Notes: generated by a model from the letters alone, not told the origin. Shown: positions 12,042 to 25,792, counted from the first letter of the stretch. The stretch: DNA of 64,000 nt from Octopus sinensis (GCF_006345805.1 NC_043017.1:2170001-2234000); one strand, 5' to 3'. Numbers and translations are program-made.

Positions 12042-12560
12042 GGATACATGCATACGCACACAGCGTAACGATATGTTTGTTGTACGCAAAGCATCAAAGG
12101 AAATCGAATTTGTATTTATAACAGCATGTTTATAATAAGAAACGGTCTCTTTACAACCACCAGAACAACTTATATATTAGTTAGTCCAGTGGAAACAACG
12201 GTTGCGTCGGTGGAGAGAATGAGATCTCTTAATGGCGGCCACCACAAAAATGTTCCCAAACATTCCTAATGAACTAAAACTAACAGTTTCGGTCACATGA
12301 GGAAATTATTCCACATTTTTCACAGACCTACAGGAGAATGAAACCTGCAAAACCATTGAGCAGCTTATCCCATTTCCCACCAGATAGAATAAGACCTGTA
12401 ATCAAAGGGAATTACCAGCCATGACTACACTGTTTATCATATATACAATATCACATTATAGAATGTTTATCTGCAACAGAAGTATTTGGATGAAAGCAAA
12501 TTTTTGTCGCATTTCAAAATAGGAATGATACAAATGCTTCATTGGCATTAATTAATATAT

Positions 12561-13921
12561 TTAATCAAGATATTTCCCATTATTATGTGTAATTTATACC
12601 ATTCTATTTGACAAATTGTTGATCCATCAAGCGTAGAATTCCGCAGGTCTCGAGCCAAAGAAATATTCAAAATAATTTTGTAACCTCTTCACAATTAATA
12701 AATTGTTTTCCCCTCAAAATAATGTTGCAATAATCTATCAAGATGATAATCAAATGGAACAAGGTCAAGAAACTGTGGAGTAGGAAAGAATATTTCATAA
12801 GGATTGGCTGTGTGGTAAGTAGCTTGCTTACGAACCACATGGTTCCGGGTTCAGTTCCACTGCGTAGCACCTTGGGTAAGTGTCTACTACCATAGCCTCA
12901 GGCCGACCAAAGCCGTGTGAGTGGATTTGGTAGACGGAAACTGAAAGAAGCCCATCATATATATGTATAAATATATATAGATAGATGTATGTGTGTATAT
13001 ATGTTTGTGTGTCTGCGTCTGTTCCCCAACATCGCTTGACAACCGATGCTAGTGTGTTTATGTCCCCGTAACTTAGCGGTTCGGCAAAAGAATAAGTACT
13101 AGGCTTACAAAGAATAAGTCCTGAGGTCGATTTGCTCGACTAAAGGCGGTGCCCCTGCATGGCCACAGTCACATGACTGAAACAAGTAAAAGAATAAACG
13201 AATGTAGTGCCACAATCGCGTCCTGAGTGACTAGGGCGATATGTGATCGAGCATTATCATGAAAGAGTAACACGCTTTTACGATTGATCTAATTGGACAA
13301 AGCCTTCAATTTACGATAATGCATTTCAGGATGAACTGTTTCGCTTTGGTTTAACATTTCAAGAAAGCCAACACCCTTCATATTCCACCCCAAAACAGAG
13401 TATCATTTTTGTGGCTGTTGCCTTGGCTTGAGAATGGATTCTCCTCTTTGATTTGGTACTAACCATTGCGTTTTGGTTCGACATGACTATAGAGACACCA
13501 CTTGTGGGGATTCTACTCCAGAAAATATTGATTAAGCGGAGAAGCATTCAGATGATGAGGGATCTCACAACACGTTCGGACACTTTACCTAGTTAATGAA
13601 TATGTTTAATGATAGATGTGTATCTTTAACTGGACTCTTTTGTTAATATTGGTAGATCCTGCTTTGGATGTTCTTCAACTAAAGTTGTCATAATTTCAAT
13701 AGTGACAGGCTTAAGTCATCCAGATCGAGAGGAATGTGCGTAAATGGAATTTCCCAAGTGAAACTGACTAAAATATCGTCGGCAAGTCTGGAAAAATCAG
13801 GGTGCATAAAGTTTGATTTCCATAGAGAAAATAAATATTTCGCTTTTGCTTCGAATGTGGAAAAGCTGCTTCCGAATTCATATCTCATGCTTTGTCCGAT
13901 AAAAGCTTGATCTAAATTCAT
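12561..13921 (-). mobile_element. Decayed mariner transposase (DD34D), split by SINE-A
   Basis: Minus-strand pieces: MNLDQAFIGQSMRYEF; QTCRRYFSQFHLGN..SRSG; KWCLYS; KMILCF/WNMKGV; LFHDNARSH; YEIFFPTPQFLDLVPFDYHL. Frameshifts and stops throughout. Confidence 0.85.
12801..13203 (+). mobile_element. SINE-A nested in mariner
   Basis: Complete SINE-A body and tail between the HDNAR and PDL..D segments of the transposase. Confidence 0.92.
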
Positions 13922-16404
13922 TTTTAAATTGAGATAAAATCGATGGCTATTTAATCTCCATGATATACAGTAATCTGCAATGAAAGAGAAAGAAATTAGC
14001 GGGTAAAACTTAATGCTTTTTTAAATGTAACTATTGAAAATGTACCCTCAAAATGATTCAATGAAACAGGTAAAAGGATACTTTTTCCAGCCTAATAGCG
14101 TGTGTTTGAGGAAGAATATGCTGCTAATGAAAGCGCATTAACTCACATAGAAATATCTACATTGGCTCTTTGAAGACGTACAAACTGGATGTCCTATAAT
14201 TGTCGAATATCTGCGGTGTATTTTGGCAACTGTAACTAGATCAGCTCGTATTTTTACTTAAAAAAATACTACAGAAGTACTTCGCTACAACACCTTCCCT
14301 GCTGTGGATAATAATTCCTCTTGCATGAGTCAAACACCGTAACAAGCAACAAGCAACATGAACCAAAGCGGGAACATCTTTACAGTCGATTGATGTGCTA
14401 GAGATATCAGCCAAAGATGACCCCAGACTACATGCTACTGACCTTTAATTGATTCATTGTATTGGTATAATGCAGCCTGGGAGACACTATACCTCAAAAC
14501 GAAAACGGAATAGACATAGCCAGAATGATTAACTCAATGGATAAAGAATTAGTCGAATGGTTAGGATGACTGATAGACTACCTTGCCGTTTTGAATTTGC
14601 TACCTGTGTTCTGAGTCGAACTCTCCTAACGAATTTGCATTTACCTTTCGCCTTTCAAGGTTGATAAATAGAGAGCTAGTCTAGTATTGAACTCATATTT
14701 TCCTCTCTGATTTCTCTCTATATCTGAATTGTATCTCTAATTCGTTTTTCCAATCACTCGCGTTATTTCACTCTCATTTGGCCTAATTAACGCCCGAAAT
14801 TACACAAGCCTGTGCAATATTCAGCCAACTCCACGTTAATTTCATGAAGTGGAATTCACTTCTCCTAGAACTTTTGTCAAAAATCAAAGTGTTTATTGTC
14901 TTCACCCTTGAAAATTCTATCAAGATGTACCAGGTCTGCTTTGAAATTGTGCAGTACCCAATGAAAATGATGACATTCTAAATAAAGGGGTGGGTGTTAT
15001 TCATCTCGTCCCGCAAATAAAATCAAAATAGCTTCTTAGCACACAACCACGCCTGTGCCTATGAGATATAGAAAATGAAATAAGAGAGTTGGAAGTGTAT
15101 AAGTGTATAAAATGTGTATAAGAAGTATATAAGCGTGTAAGTGTATAAGTGTATAAGATGACCCCAATGTAATCAAAACCACGTAAATCTGAGGTGAAAG
15201 TACTAAAGTGAATGTCAGAAGAAATGTCGAGAAACATTTTTACCGATCCGTTAACGATTCTGTGAGCTCGTCGCCATTTATAGTTACATAAATATTGCCG
15301 GAATAATCTAGATGATGCCTGTCTCCTCCCCTAAATCAACTCATAATTTACTAAATATTTTCTCTTTCGGTTATTGCATCCATTGCATCAAAAGAGTGAG
15401 ATATTTGGAGTTTGTGGGCCCTTTTCTTCTCAAACTCAGCAAAGTGCCGATAAATGGATTGAACCGCCGATCCTCATTTGATAAGACTGTCTTACTACTG
15501 GGTGTGTTTGTAGAAATAAAAAAACCTCAAAATATGTACCATGACATTATTAATCGTATTTGAAAAAGAAAATGCAATATCTCTGGGCGAAATGTAAAGA
15601 GCTGATTGCAAAAACAATGCGAAACATCAGAAATCGTCATTTCTTTTTCAAAGTAAACCATTTTGCTGATTCCATCGTACAATCCATCACCATATATCAT
15701 GCATTTGACAACTATTTAATGTTTCAATTAGTCATCCTCACATGATCGCAGTTCCATTTCCTTCTCTTGTACTGTATAGAATTTCGAGTGAACCATTCCA
15801 TTTAGCCTACATAACATAAGAAACAACAAACAAAACACACAGAAAAAAAAATGTGATTCATTTACAGGAATTAATATTCTGATGAATATAAATCATACGA
15901 ACGTGAAAAAGAGATGAAAATAAACGTTAATTTTTTATATATTTATTTATTTATATCTATATTTATTTATTTCATCTTTTTCCATTCTAGAACTAAATAT
16001 TTTGGATAACGACAAAACTATATATATTCCTTAAATATTCCTGCACGAAAATCAAAATAGACACAAAAAAGCAGTTAACTCTTCATCCCTTAGTTTTGGC
16101 TTTCAGCAAGGGCTAATGGTTTAATTTGCAAGGAGGGTGGGTGGGATGGGGGAAGGAGATTGCTTTTAGTAATTGGTAAATCCCATTAGTGGGCCATTTA
16201 GTTTAAAGCTTTCAATCAAACAAACATTTGCACTTCCATTATTTATTTAGCCTCTCACTCTATTTATTATCACTCCACTCTCTCTCTCCCTCACTCTCTT
16301 TCTCTCTCCGTCCCTCTATCTTCATCTCCCTTTCTCTATTTCCGACTCCGCACACATCCATACACACGTACTCACGCACACAAGCATATAATCATAAATA
16401 CATG

Positions 16405-16443
<39 letters not shown>

Positions 16444-16591
16444 TGTTAGAAATGTATGAATACATTTATATGTAATTTCCCCCTCACTTATAGATTTTGT
16501 TCCTCTCTCCCACACTCCCTGAGAGCACACATACAGATATATATATATATATACAAATGTATATATATATTATATATTATATATATGTGTC

Positions 16592-16624
<33 letters not shown>

Positions 16625-16631
16625 GTTTATA

Positions 16632-16704
<73 letters not shown>

Positions 16705-17672
16705 GTTTATATATAGTATATATATATGTATATTATATATATATGTATATGTATATGTATGTATATGCTTAAATTGTGTGTGTATATTGTGCGTAATGTA
16801 ATGTGTTTAAAACTTCTCTTTGGCAAGATCATTTTTCGCAATCGTTATCGAATCCTTGCTAATGTTATCGTCGACTTCAAACAACTACTCAAAGATGTAA
16901 AATTTGATTTATGTCAAGAATAATTATTGCACCCCTCTTTTTCACATCCAAAGTAGAGCCGCCGCTAAAATGGCGTCTTTTTGCTAATTTTTTTGGTCTT
17001 GTTTTTCTTTTGTTTTTTTTGTGTTTTTTTTCATGGAGCCTAAACTAAGAATGGAAACAACGACAAAATATATATGTGTATTCGTAATGCGACATATTTT
17101 GAATATCCAGTAAAGTTTCCATTTATTGATAAATGTAGTAATGGCGAATATTTTGAATAACCGAGAAGTTGGTATATGTATTTTCATATATAATAATGTT
17201 GTTATTTTGTTACTGATTATAATATTTATTTTTTTATTAATATATAGTGAATTCTATTTATTTTGAATATGTAGAAATGGTATGTTTTGAATATATTTTA
17301 ATGATGTATATTTTCAATGTGAATATGAAAAGCAACAGCATATACAGTGAATGTTTCGTAATAGTGTTTAATTTGAAATATGTCTCTAAAGAAACTAGAT
17401 TATGAATGCGTAGAAACTCCTATGTGTGTATATCTGTATTTATACACTTAAATGTAAATATCTGAACACCATACACGTACACACGTACGCACAATTTCAC
17501 ACACTCACATATAAAAAAAAACAATATAATATTTGTGTGCGTCTACATATATATATACATACATGTATGTATACGTTTATATTCATTATACTAATGTCTC
17601 TTGCGTGTATATACTATAAATGCACGAACGCACACACACCCATGTATGAATGTATATATGTATGTATGTATG

Positions 17673-17720
<48 letters not shown>

Positions 17721-17765
17721 GATATACAGAATTACGCAAGCGCTCGCGCGCATTATGCAAGTGTA

Positions 17766-17813
<48 letters not shown>

Positions 17814-18755
17814 GCATGTCTTTATTCTTGATTAAGTATTTTTAATTCTGTATGTAATGGTATAAGCCGGTTTCAGAAATTTTCCATTAGTGCATAAAAA
17901 TAATATAAATACTTTTCAAAGATAAAATTAGTGTATAATTTGTAATATATGAATATATATTATATATGCATATTTCATGTGTATATTTACATACATATAC
18001 CCACATGTGTGACTGCATATATTTGTATATATGCATGTATGTATGTATGCTTAACAGTGGGGTTTGAGAACATAAGTGTTTTTCGTGTATGTTTGACTGT
18101 TTGTGTGTGTTTATGTAGAAGTGTGAATTTTTCCTTTGAATCCATATTCTTAAATATAATCATCATAAGGATAATAAGAAACGTGTATAGAAAATTAAAT
18201 AAACTTGTTTTTCTGTGTGCGATTGTAAGACTCAGTCTGTGTATGTGTGTGTGTGTGTTAATGACTATGAGTTACTCTATCACTTTGTACCTCTATTTTC
18301 CTTACACTTTCTATCTCACTATCTCTCTCTCCGTCCTCCCACTTTGTTGGTCCTGCAGCCGGCACTCCCGTTCCTTATAGCCTTTCTTCCCTAATTTTTT
18401 CTTTCTTCCCGTTTTTCCGTTGGCTACTTGATCATTTCATGTCCCTCTCACCTCCGAAATTGCATCACTGTTTTTCGCTTACAGTTGCCTCACCATCTTC
18501 ATCTGTTTCCGTCTCAGTTGAGACTAAGACATTTATTGCCAATATTGAGGTATTTGTAATTGTTTTACCGATTCGTTCGAGCCCCTTCCTTTCTGTTTGA
18601 TCTCCTTCTTTCAAGTCACAGAAGTTTGTATTATTGTCACCTACAGATGTACAAAAGGATGGTCGCATCTCATTTATACATAATCTTTCGCACCCTCTCT
18701 ATCTCTATCTTTCTCGCTCTATATACGCACATACATGCATATGTATGTATGTAAG

Positions 18756-18802
<47 letters not shown>

Positions 18803-18803
<1 letters not shown>

Positions 18804-18981
18804 GGGAGAGTTTACGAAAAAAAACAAAAGACGAAGACAGGTGGTGTACAAAACAAGCAGATGTATTAGTATAACGCTCAGGAATAGAAAAAAGTCTTTT
18901 ACGTTTCGAACCTACGGTCTTCCGCAGAAAGGGACACAGAAAAAACAAGGAAGAAACAAGGAGAGCAAAAAATGTGTGTAG
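18803..18981 (-). mobile_element. Penelope-like terminal fragment with variant hammerhead core
   Basis: Reverse-complement homolog of 1627-1795; minus strand cttt-CTGCGGA-agac-cgtag-gttc-GAAA-cgta-aaaga. Confidence 0.6.
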
Positions 18982-19316
18982 TGGCTATAAATACTTATAT
19001 AACGTGTATATATATATATATATATATATACGATTCTGCTTAAATAAGGGAGCTGAAGATACAATGTCCCTGCATAACTCACATCTACTTTCATTCTTCC
19101 ATCAGGGATGATGGCGAGAGTAAACGATGTGAAAGACAGTGGTGATGATGGCGGAGTGGAAGATGGTGAAGTGAAAGGTATTGATGATGTTAGCGTCAGA
19201 AGTCTGAATGTTGTGTGTATGGCAATTCTGGTGGCGATGGTGGTGGTACTGGTGATGGTGATGGTTGAAAACAATCAAAAGAAAGAGAGAGAGAGAGAGA
19301 AGGAGAGAGAGAGAAG

Positions 19317-19381
<65 letters not shown>

Positions 19382-19631
19382 GTGTAGATAGAGTGTACTG
19401 ACCGACGAACGGAAAGACAACAAACATTGTTTATTATGCAGCTGTGAAACAAGTTCCAAGTCGACAAATTTTATCATAGTTTTGATGAAAATTGTTCATT
19501 GCTTGAAAAATATTGCTCAAGTTTGATAAAATTTAATATCTACTCAATGCATGAAGTGTCATGGTTAGGTCCAAGGCCTAATGAAGAGCCCTCGCTCTCG
19601 CTCTCTCTCTCTCTCTACATATATATATATA

Positions 19632-19798
19632 TACGACGCACTTCTTGCAGTTTCCGTCTACCAACTCCATACCACAAGACTTCGGACGCCACGAGGCAAT
19701 AGCAGAAGATACTTGCCCAAGTTTCCACGCAGTGGCACTGAACCTGGAGGCATGTGGTTGGTAAGCAAGCTACATACCGCACAGCTATTCCTGCGCCT
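19632..19798 (-). mobile_element. SINE-A 5' half
   Basis: Minus strand ggcgcaggaatagctgtg head to the central TA tract. Confidence 0.85.
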
Positions 19799-19823
19799 AA
19801 ATAGTTGTGAGCCCCAGGTTATA

Positions 19824-20020
19824 TATACAAGTTTATTAGCAGTTGAAATATAGTTGAGACCTATTTGAACCCGTAAGAAAGCTATTGACTTTGTGTTTCT
19901 ATGGAGAAAATTTCTGACTGTCAGCATTTTTTTCCCATGAAAAACCACTGAGAATGGGTTTTTTTACGGGTTCAAATAAGCCTCAAGCGTATTGTAACTG
20001 ACAATAACCTAGTATTTATA
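19824..20020. mobile_element. MITE-like element with ~60-bp imperfect terminal inverted repeats
   Basis: gttgagacctatttgaacccgtaagaaa (19853-19880) versus ttttttacgggttcaaataagcctcaag (19960-19988); similarity extends outward to TA-rich ends. Confidence 0.65.
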
Positions 20021-20075
20021 CACACGACTGCTTAGCGTTGCCACCCCGTATATGTATATACATGTACATATAGAT

Positions 20076-20518
20076 GGTGGCTGTGTGGTAAATAGCCTGC
20101 TTACGAACTACATGTTTCCGGGTTCAGGCCCACTGCGTGTCACCTTGGGCAAGAGTCTTCTACTATAGACTCGGGCCGACCTAAGACTTGTGAGTGGATT
20201 TGGTAGCCGGAAACTGAAAGAAGCCCGTCGTATATATGTACATGTATATATATGTGTGTGTGTTTATGTGTGTGTGTTTATATGTGTGTATGCAAGCGTG
20301 TGTATGTGTTTTTGTGTGTCTGTGTTTGTCCCCACCACCAACATTGCTTAACAACCGATGCTGGTGTGTTTACGTCCCCGTAACTTACCTGTTCGGCAAA
20401 AGAGAGCGATAGAATATGTACTAGGCTTGCAAAGAATAAGTCCTGGCGTCGATTTCCTCGACTAAAGGCGGTGCTCCAGCATAGCCGCTGTCAAATGACT
20501 GAAACAAGTAAAAGAGTA
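20076..20518 (+). mobile_element. SINE-A, full length
   Basis: All SINE-A blocks present, central microsatellite of about 70 bp. Confidence 0.92.
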
Positions 20519-20882
20519 TATGTGTGTGTATGTATATGTATCTGTGTGTGTATATATTCACACGCAGGTATAAATCGACACACACACACATACACACATC
20601 TATGTACGTGGTTGCTTATGTTTAAGTCTGAATTCTGATATAGCCAAACGATACTTCATAATTGATATGTTTTGATAATTCTGTTTTCCTCCTTAAAGAA
20701 GGAAAAAAAAATTGAAAAAACAAGTTAATATGATGTTGCCGTTTATTCCAAATGAATTAGCGTCGTAAGTGAAAAGAAATGACAGCTGTGAGTATCGAAA
20801 CCGCTTAAGCCTTGTTTGTTTCCGGAAATCTTATCTCTGAATTTTATAATAGCATTCTCCATAAACTCTTTGCTTTATTAAT

Positions 20883-21032
<150 letters not shown>

Positions 21033-21106
21033 CATTGATCTGTTAGAACGTTTCATAAAGCTTTAATCGTGACCACTCATTCCTCTGTACAAACAATCAC
21101 AACTCC

Positions 21107-21142
<36 letters not shown>

Positions 21143-23370
21143 TCCTTTCTTTCAAAAGCGTCTGATTAAATGCGTGAACAAACCTATTAAACATTATCTT
21201 ATTTGACCTCTGCCGACATTGTCAAAGATCTAATTAACTTCCCTATGTTGCTAGCCTGCAAGAAATTACCTGCCATCAAAGGATTAGTGGAAATGGTTAA
21301 CGATTATCTGTAGTGAAGTTCTTCCGAAAGGATTATCATGATTTATAGCTACTGATATTTAGCCATTAACGCCTGTCCATATCATTTGTTAGTACACACT
21401 TAAACACTGTCATTGCCGATCGTTACTAATCATCATCCAACGAGAAGTGAAATGGATGCTTTCGTTTAATTATATCAAGCATTCTTAGTGCTAAATCTTT
21501 TAACAGGATTTAAACAAAGAACAGATCAGGCCAAAGCTCCAGTTAAGGAATTTATGGATGCTATCACGAAAATAATTATTCTCAGCCGAGACTAAACCTC
21601 CTTTGATTTTTTTGATTTTATTAATTTCCAATTTAATTGTTTATTCTATCTTAATTAATCCGGCACCATAATATGATTTCATCTTAAATTTGTTTAAATA
21701 ATAGGAGAACATATTTTAAGATTTGCAAATACAGTGCAATTGCTAATGTGCTCTTCATGACGGATGCCATTTTCATATCCGTTATGTCACAGCGACCGAT
21801 CTGTATCTCTCTCAGTTTTAGTCAATGTTCCACTCTCTCTCTCACACACTCTCTCTCTCTCTCCCTCTTTTTCACACTCGCTGTCCCTCTCTTTCTCTTG
21901 TTTGGAAAATTGGTCAAGGATCAAAATGTTATGAAGCAGCTATGAATATATTCGGAAGAAACTCTACGCGTCAATAGCGATCGCTGACGAAGATACAACA
22001 ACAAAACCTTTATCACACAACACCCAAACGCCTTAAGAGAAACAACGTTTTTGGGGAAAAGCAGTCCCAAATGCAGAAAAATAGTGGAACGGAATACAAC
22101 GGATTTTCCGAGTTGCTGGTCTTGATACAAAATCTCTTGATATCACTAAATACTGTGAAAGACTTCTTTTAATGTCATCATCGTGCATGATTTAATGAGA
22201 TCATTTTGCAAGGTTATCTTTAGTACATCCAACTATTCTAAAATGTGCTAATAGTACCAGTAATGGAAATATATATATATATATATATATAATATATATA
22301 TAGATATAGATAGATAGATATAGATATAGATATAGATATAGATATAGATATATATATATGTGTGTATGTATATATGTATGTAAATAGGTATATGATTATG
22401 TGTGGGGGTGCATTTGTTATCTGTGCGTGCCTGTATTTTTAAGTTTAATTATTAAAATTCGCAAGGGTTACAGTGCATGGAAGCAAGACAGTTTCCGTTC
22501 TGGAAGACAGTTTCATTCGAAATTAGACATTACGAACTAGTTAGCTTTTATTTATATTCATGTTTACAAGTACCTAAGAGAGAGAGAGAGAGAGAGAGAG
22601 AGAGCGTGAGTGAGAGATGTCCGTACATATGAATGTGTTCGTGTCATTGCATCTGTGACTTTCTACATTTCAAAACTAATTTATTCCATGGGGAAATGTA
22701 TGCCTATACATGTAGATGCTACAAGCTAACTTTCCATAATTGTTTTACATGCTTCTACAATTTTATTAAAGGTATGTTATTGAAATCTCATTAACCGCAA
22801 CCTTTGTGAATCGCAAATTTTCGCGAGTTGAGCTGAGGACATCTGTGCACATCTGCGCAGCATCCCTAAACGTATATGCCAGTTCTTCAATTATGATACA
22901 GTTTGTCTCAGATTTTCCAATAGATGCCTTTCAACGCTTAATGTTTAGATACTGTTGCTTAAATATGATGTGACATTCTCAGACTGTTTGAATTTATCAT
23001 AAATACATGCATCATAGATACATTTATCATAAGCACATGTAAATGTACTAACATAGCAAATTGACCCAATAATCAGTTATAAATCAAATGCAAAGCTAAA
23101 GTCAAGTTGATATCTCTGCAGATTCCTCGCTAGTTTCCCCTGAATTGTTTTCTTTCTCTGTCATATTTAACATGATGCCAATGGGCGCTGGACTACCGAT
23201 TCCTAAAATCATACGTACAAACTTTTCCTGTTATAGATCATTATGATTCGTTTCTACTCTTTACAGTTTAGGGAGGGTGTGACAGGATTATTTTAACGCT
23301 TTTATTGTTATATTATTGATTAATATGACTCATAAATTTCAGCTATTTTATTTATTCGGAAATAACTTTA

Positions 23371-23637
23371 AGGCGGTGAGCTGGCAGAAACGTTAGCACG
23401 TCGGGCGAAATGTTTAGCGGTATTTCGTCTGTCTTTACGTACTGAGTTCAAATTCCACCGAGGTCGAGTCTGCCTTTCATCCTTTCGGGATCGATAAATT
23501 AAGTACCAGTTACGCACTGGGATCGATATAATCGACTTGATAATTATGTCTGTCCTTGTTTGTCCCCTCTATGTTTAGCCCCTTGTGGGTAATGAAGAAA
23601 TGGGTATTTCGTCTGCTGCTATGTTCTGAGTTCAAAT
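23371..23637 (+). mobile_element. SINE-B truncated at its second B box
   Basis: Head, unit 1, start of unit 2 ending gagttcaaat, then (TA)n. Confidence 0.9.
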
Positions 23638-23732
23638 ATATATATATATATATATATATATTTATTTATTTATTTATATGCATGCATATATATATATATG
23701 TATATGTATGTATGTGTGTGTTTGTTATTTTT

Positions 23733-23948
23733 GTCTGTGTTTGTTTCCCCCACCATCGTTTGACAACCGATGTAGGTGTGTTTAGGGCCCCGTCAATTAG
23801 CGGTTCGGCAAAAGAGACCGATAGAATGAGTACTAGACTTACACAAAGAAGAAGTCCTGGGGATCGATTTGTTCGACTAAAGACGGTGCTCCAGCATGGC
23901 TGCAGCCATGTGACTGAAACAAATAAAAGAATAAAGAGTAAAAGAAAG
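23733..23948 (+). mobile_element. SINE-A 3' half
   Basis: gtctgtgtttgtttccccc through ggtgctccagcatggc..gactgaaac. Confidence 0.9.
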
Positions 23949-25029
23949 AATATATATATATATATATATATACAGAGAGAGAGAGAGAGTGATTGACTCC
24001 GACACACCCATCGTCATGCCCTTCTTTAGTGGTTTTATGTTAACTCTGGAAGAGCTCCGAAGGTTTAATAAGACCCAAATATATTCATTATTGCCACCAA
24101 AGATGTCAGATATAAGACTAACTCACCCACCTGCATATATCCTCTTAGCTATTGATTAATTGAAATGTCGGATATTTCAACCCCTGTTTATTTTGTTTGT
24201 TGTTTTTTTTTGGGGGGGGGGTCTTTGTACGTGGATTACATTACACTAATGACGTTTCTTTTAAGTATGAGAGTAATTTCGCTTGATTAAAAATTATTTC
24301 CGGCTCACTGCATTAATTAAGTGAGCCTAAACTTAACTACATGTTACTGACGCAGAGGATACACTTGGGAAATTTCCCCAATAAAGATGTTTGTGCGTGT
24401 ATGTATGCGTGTGTGTATGCGTGTGTGTGTGTGTGCGTGCGTGTGTGTTTGTGTGTGCATTTGTGTGCCTCTGTGTGTCTGTGTGTGTGTGTATTTGTGA
24501 TTTCTTTGTGAGTGTACTTGCGTGTTTGCTGCGTGCGTGCGGGTTTACCGACGTAGTAACCACAAGCAAGTGAATGCAGAGCGCCTCCATCTATCCAACC
24601 ACCTATCCAACAATCTATCAATCCATTGATCCATTCATCCATCCATACATACATATATACATATATGCACGCATACATACCTAAATACATATATGCACAC
24701 ATAATTGCATAATTATTCATATACACATATATATATATATAAAACAACTTGTATTTAGATACATTGGTAGATAGGGTAGATGAATAGGTAGATCAACTTA
24801 CAGAAGATAAACAGAGAGCGAAAGAAATTAATACGCAGAGAGAGCGAGAAAGAGAGAGAGAGAGAGAAACGGACAAGCAGGCAGACAGACTGATACATAG
24901 CAAACTACATAGATAGATGGATAGATAGATAGATAGATAGATAGATATATATATATATAGATAGATAGATAGATAGATAGACACATACATACATACATTC
25001 ATACATACATACATACATAGACAGATAGA

Positions 25030-25129
25030 NNNNNNNNNNNNNNNNNNNNNNNNNNNNNNNNNNNNNNNNNNNNNNNNNNNNNNNNNNNNNNNNNNNNNNN
25101 NNNNNNNNNNNNNNNNNNNNNNNNNNNNN
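25030..25129. other. Assembly gap (100 N)
   Basis: Run of exactly 100 N next to a (GATA)n tract; true size and contiguity unknown. Confidence 0.99.
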
Positions 25130-25616
25130 CTTTCTTCTCTCGACGCTTCAATTCTATGCTGTTGCCGCATTATGTCGTACGCGAATGAGAGGATTTGCAT
25201 CCCCAACCAAGAATTTTTGATGTAACACATGTCCTTGTGGAAGCTGTTGTGCGCGGCTGAAGAAGGCCACAGACATACATTATGCATTATTATAAATCTG
25301 TCTAATAAAGGCCCGAAACACATGTACCGATGAATCCTTGACATCATGTTTTTATTTTGATCAATTTACTCCACCACCTACACCACCAAACGGTATACAC
25401 AGGGGCTTATAATTATCAAGTACTCACCCCGAATTTATATATATATATATATATCTATGTATAGATAATAAGTTCAGCAAAATTTAGATAACTTAATTTA
25501 AAGGCACCGAATTTTGTATGGTAATATCCATATAAATTAAATGGGGTGATTATAACCACAATCAAGATATCCCTGTTGCTTATTTTGATATTATATATAT
25601 ATATATTATATATATT

Positions 25617-25650
<34 letters not shown>

Positions 25651-25687
25651 ATGTGGATATATATATGTATATATTATATATATATAT

Positions 25688-25730
<43 letters not shown>

Positions 25731-25734
25731 ATAT

Positions 25735-25792
<58 letters not shown>

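Noticed and set aside
19090-19401. ORF MMARVNDVKDSGDDGG...ERERER
   Set aside because: Degenerate (GAT/GGT)n plus (GA)n tract; similar tracts at 30280-30850 and 40550-40670 are non-coding low complexity.
24302-24327. 8-bp inverted repeat around TAATTAA
   Set aside because: Expected by chance in 64 kb.
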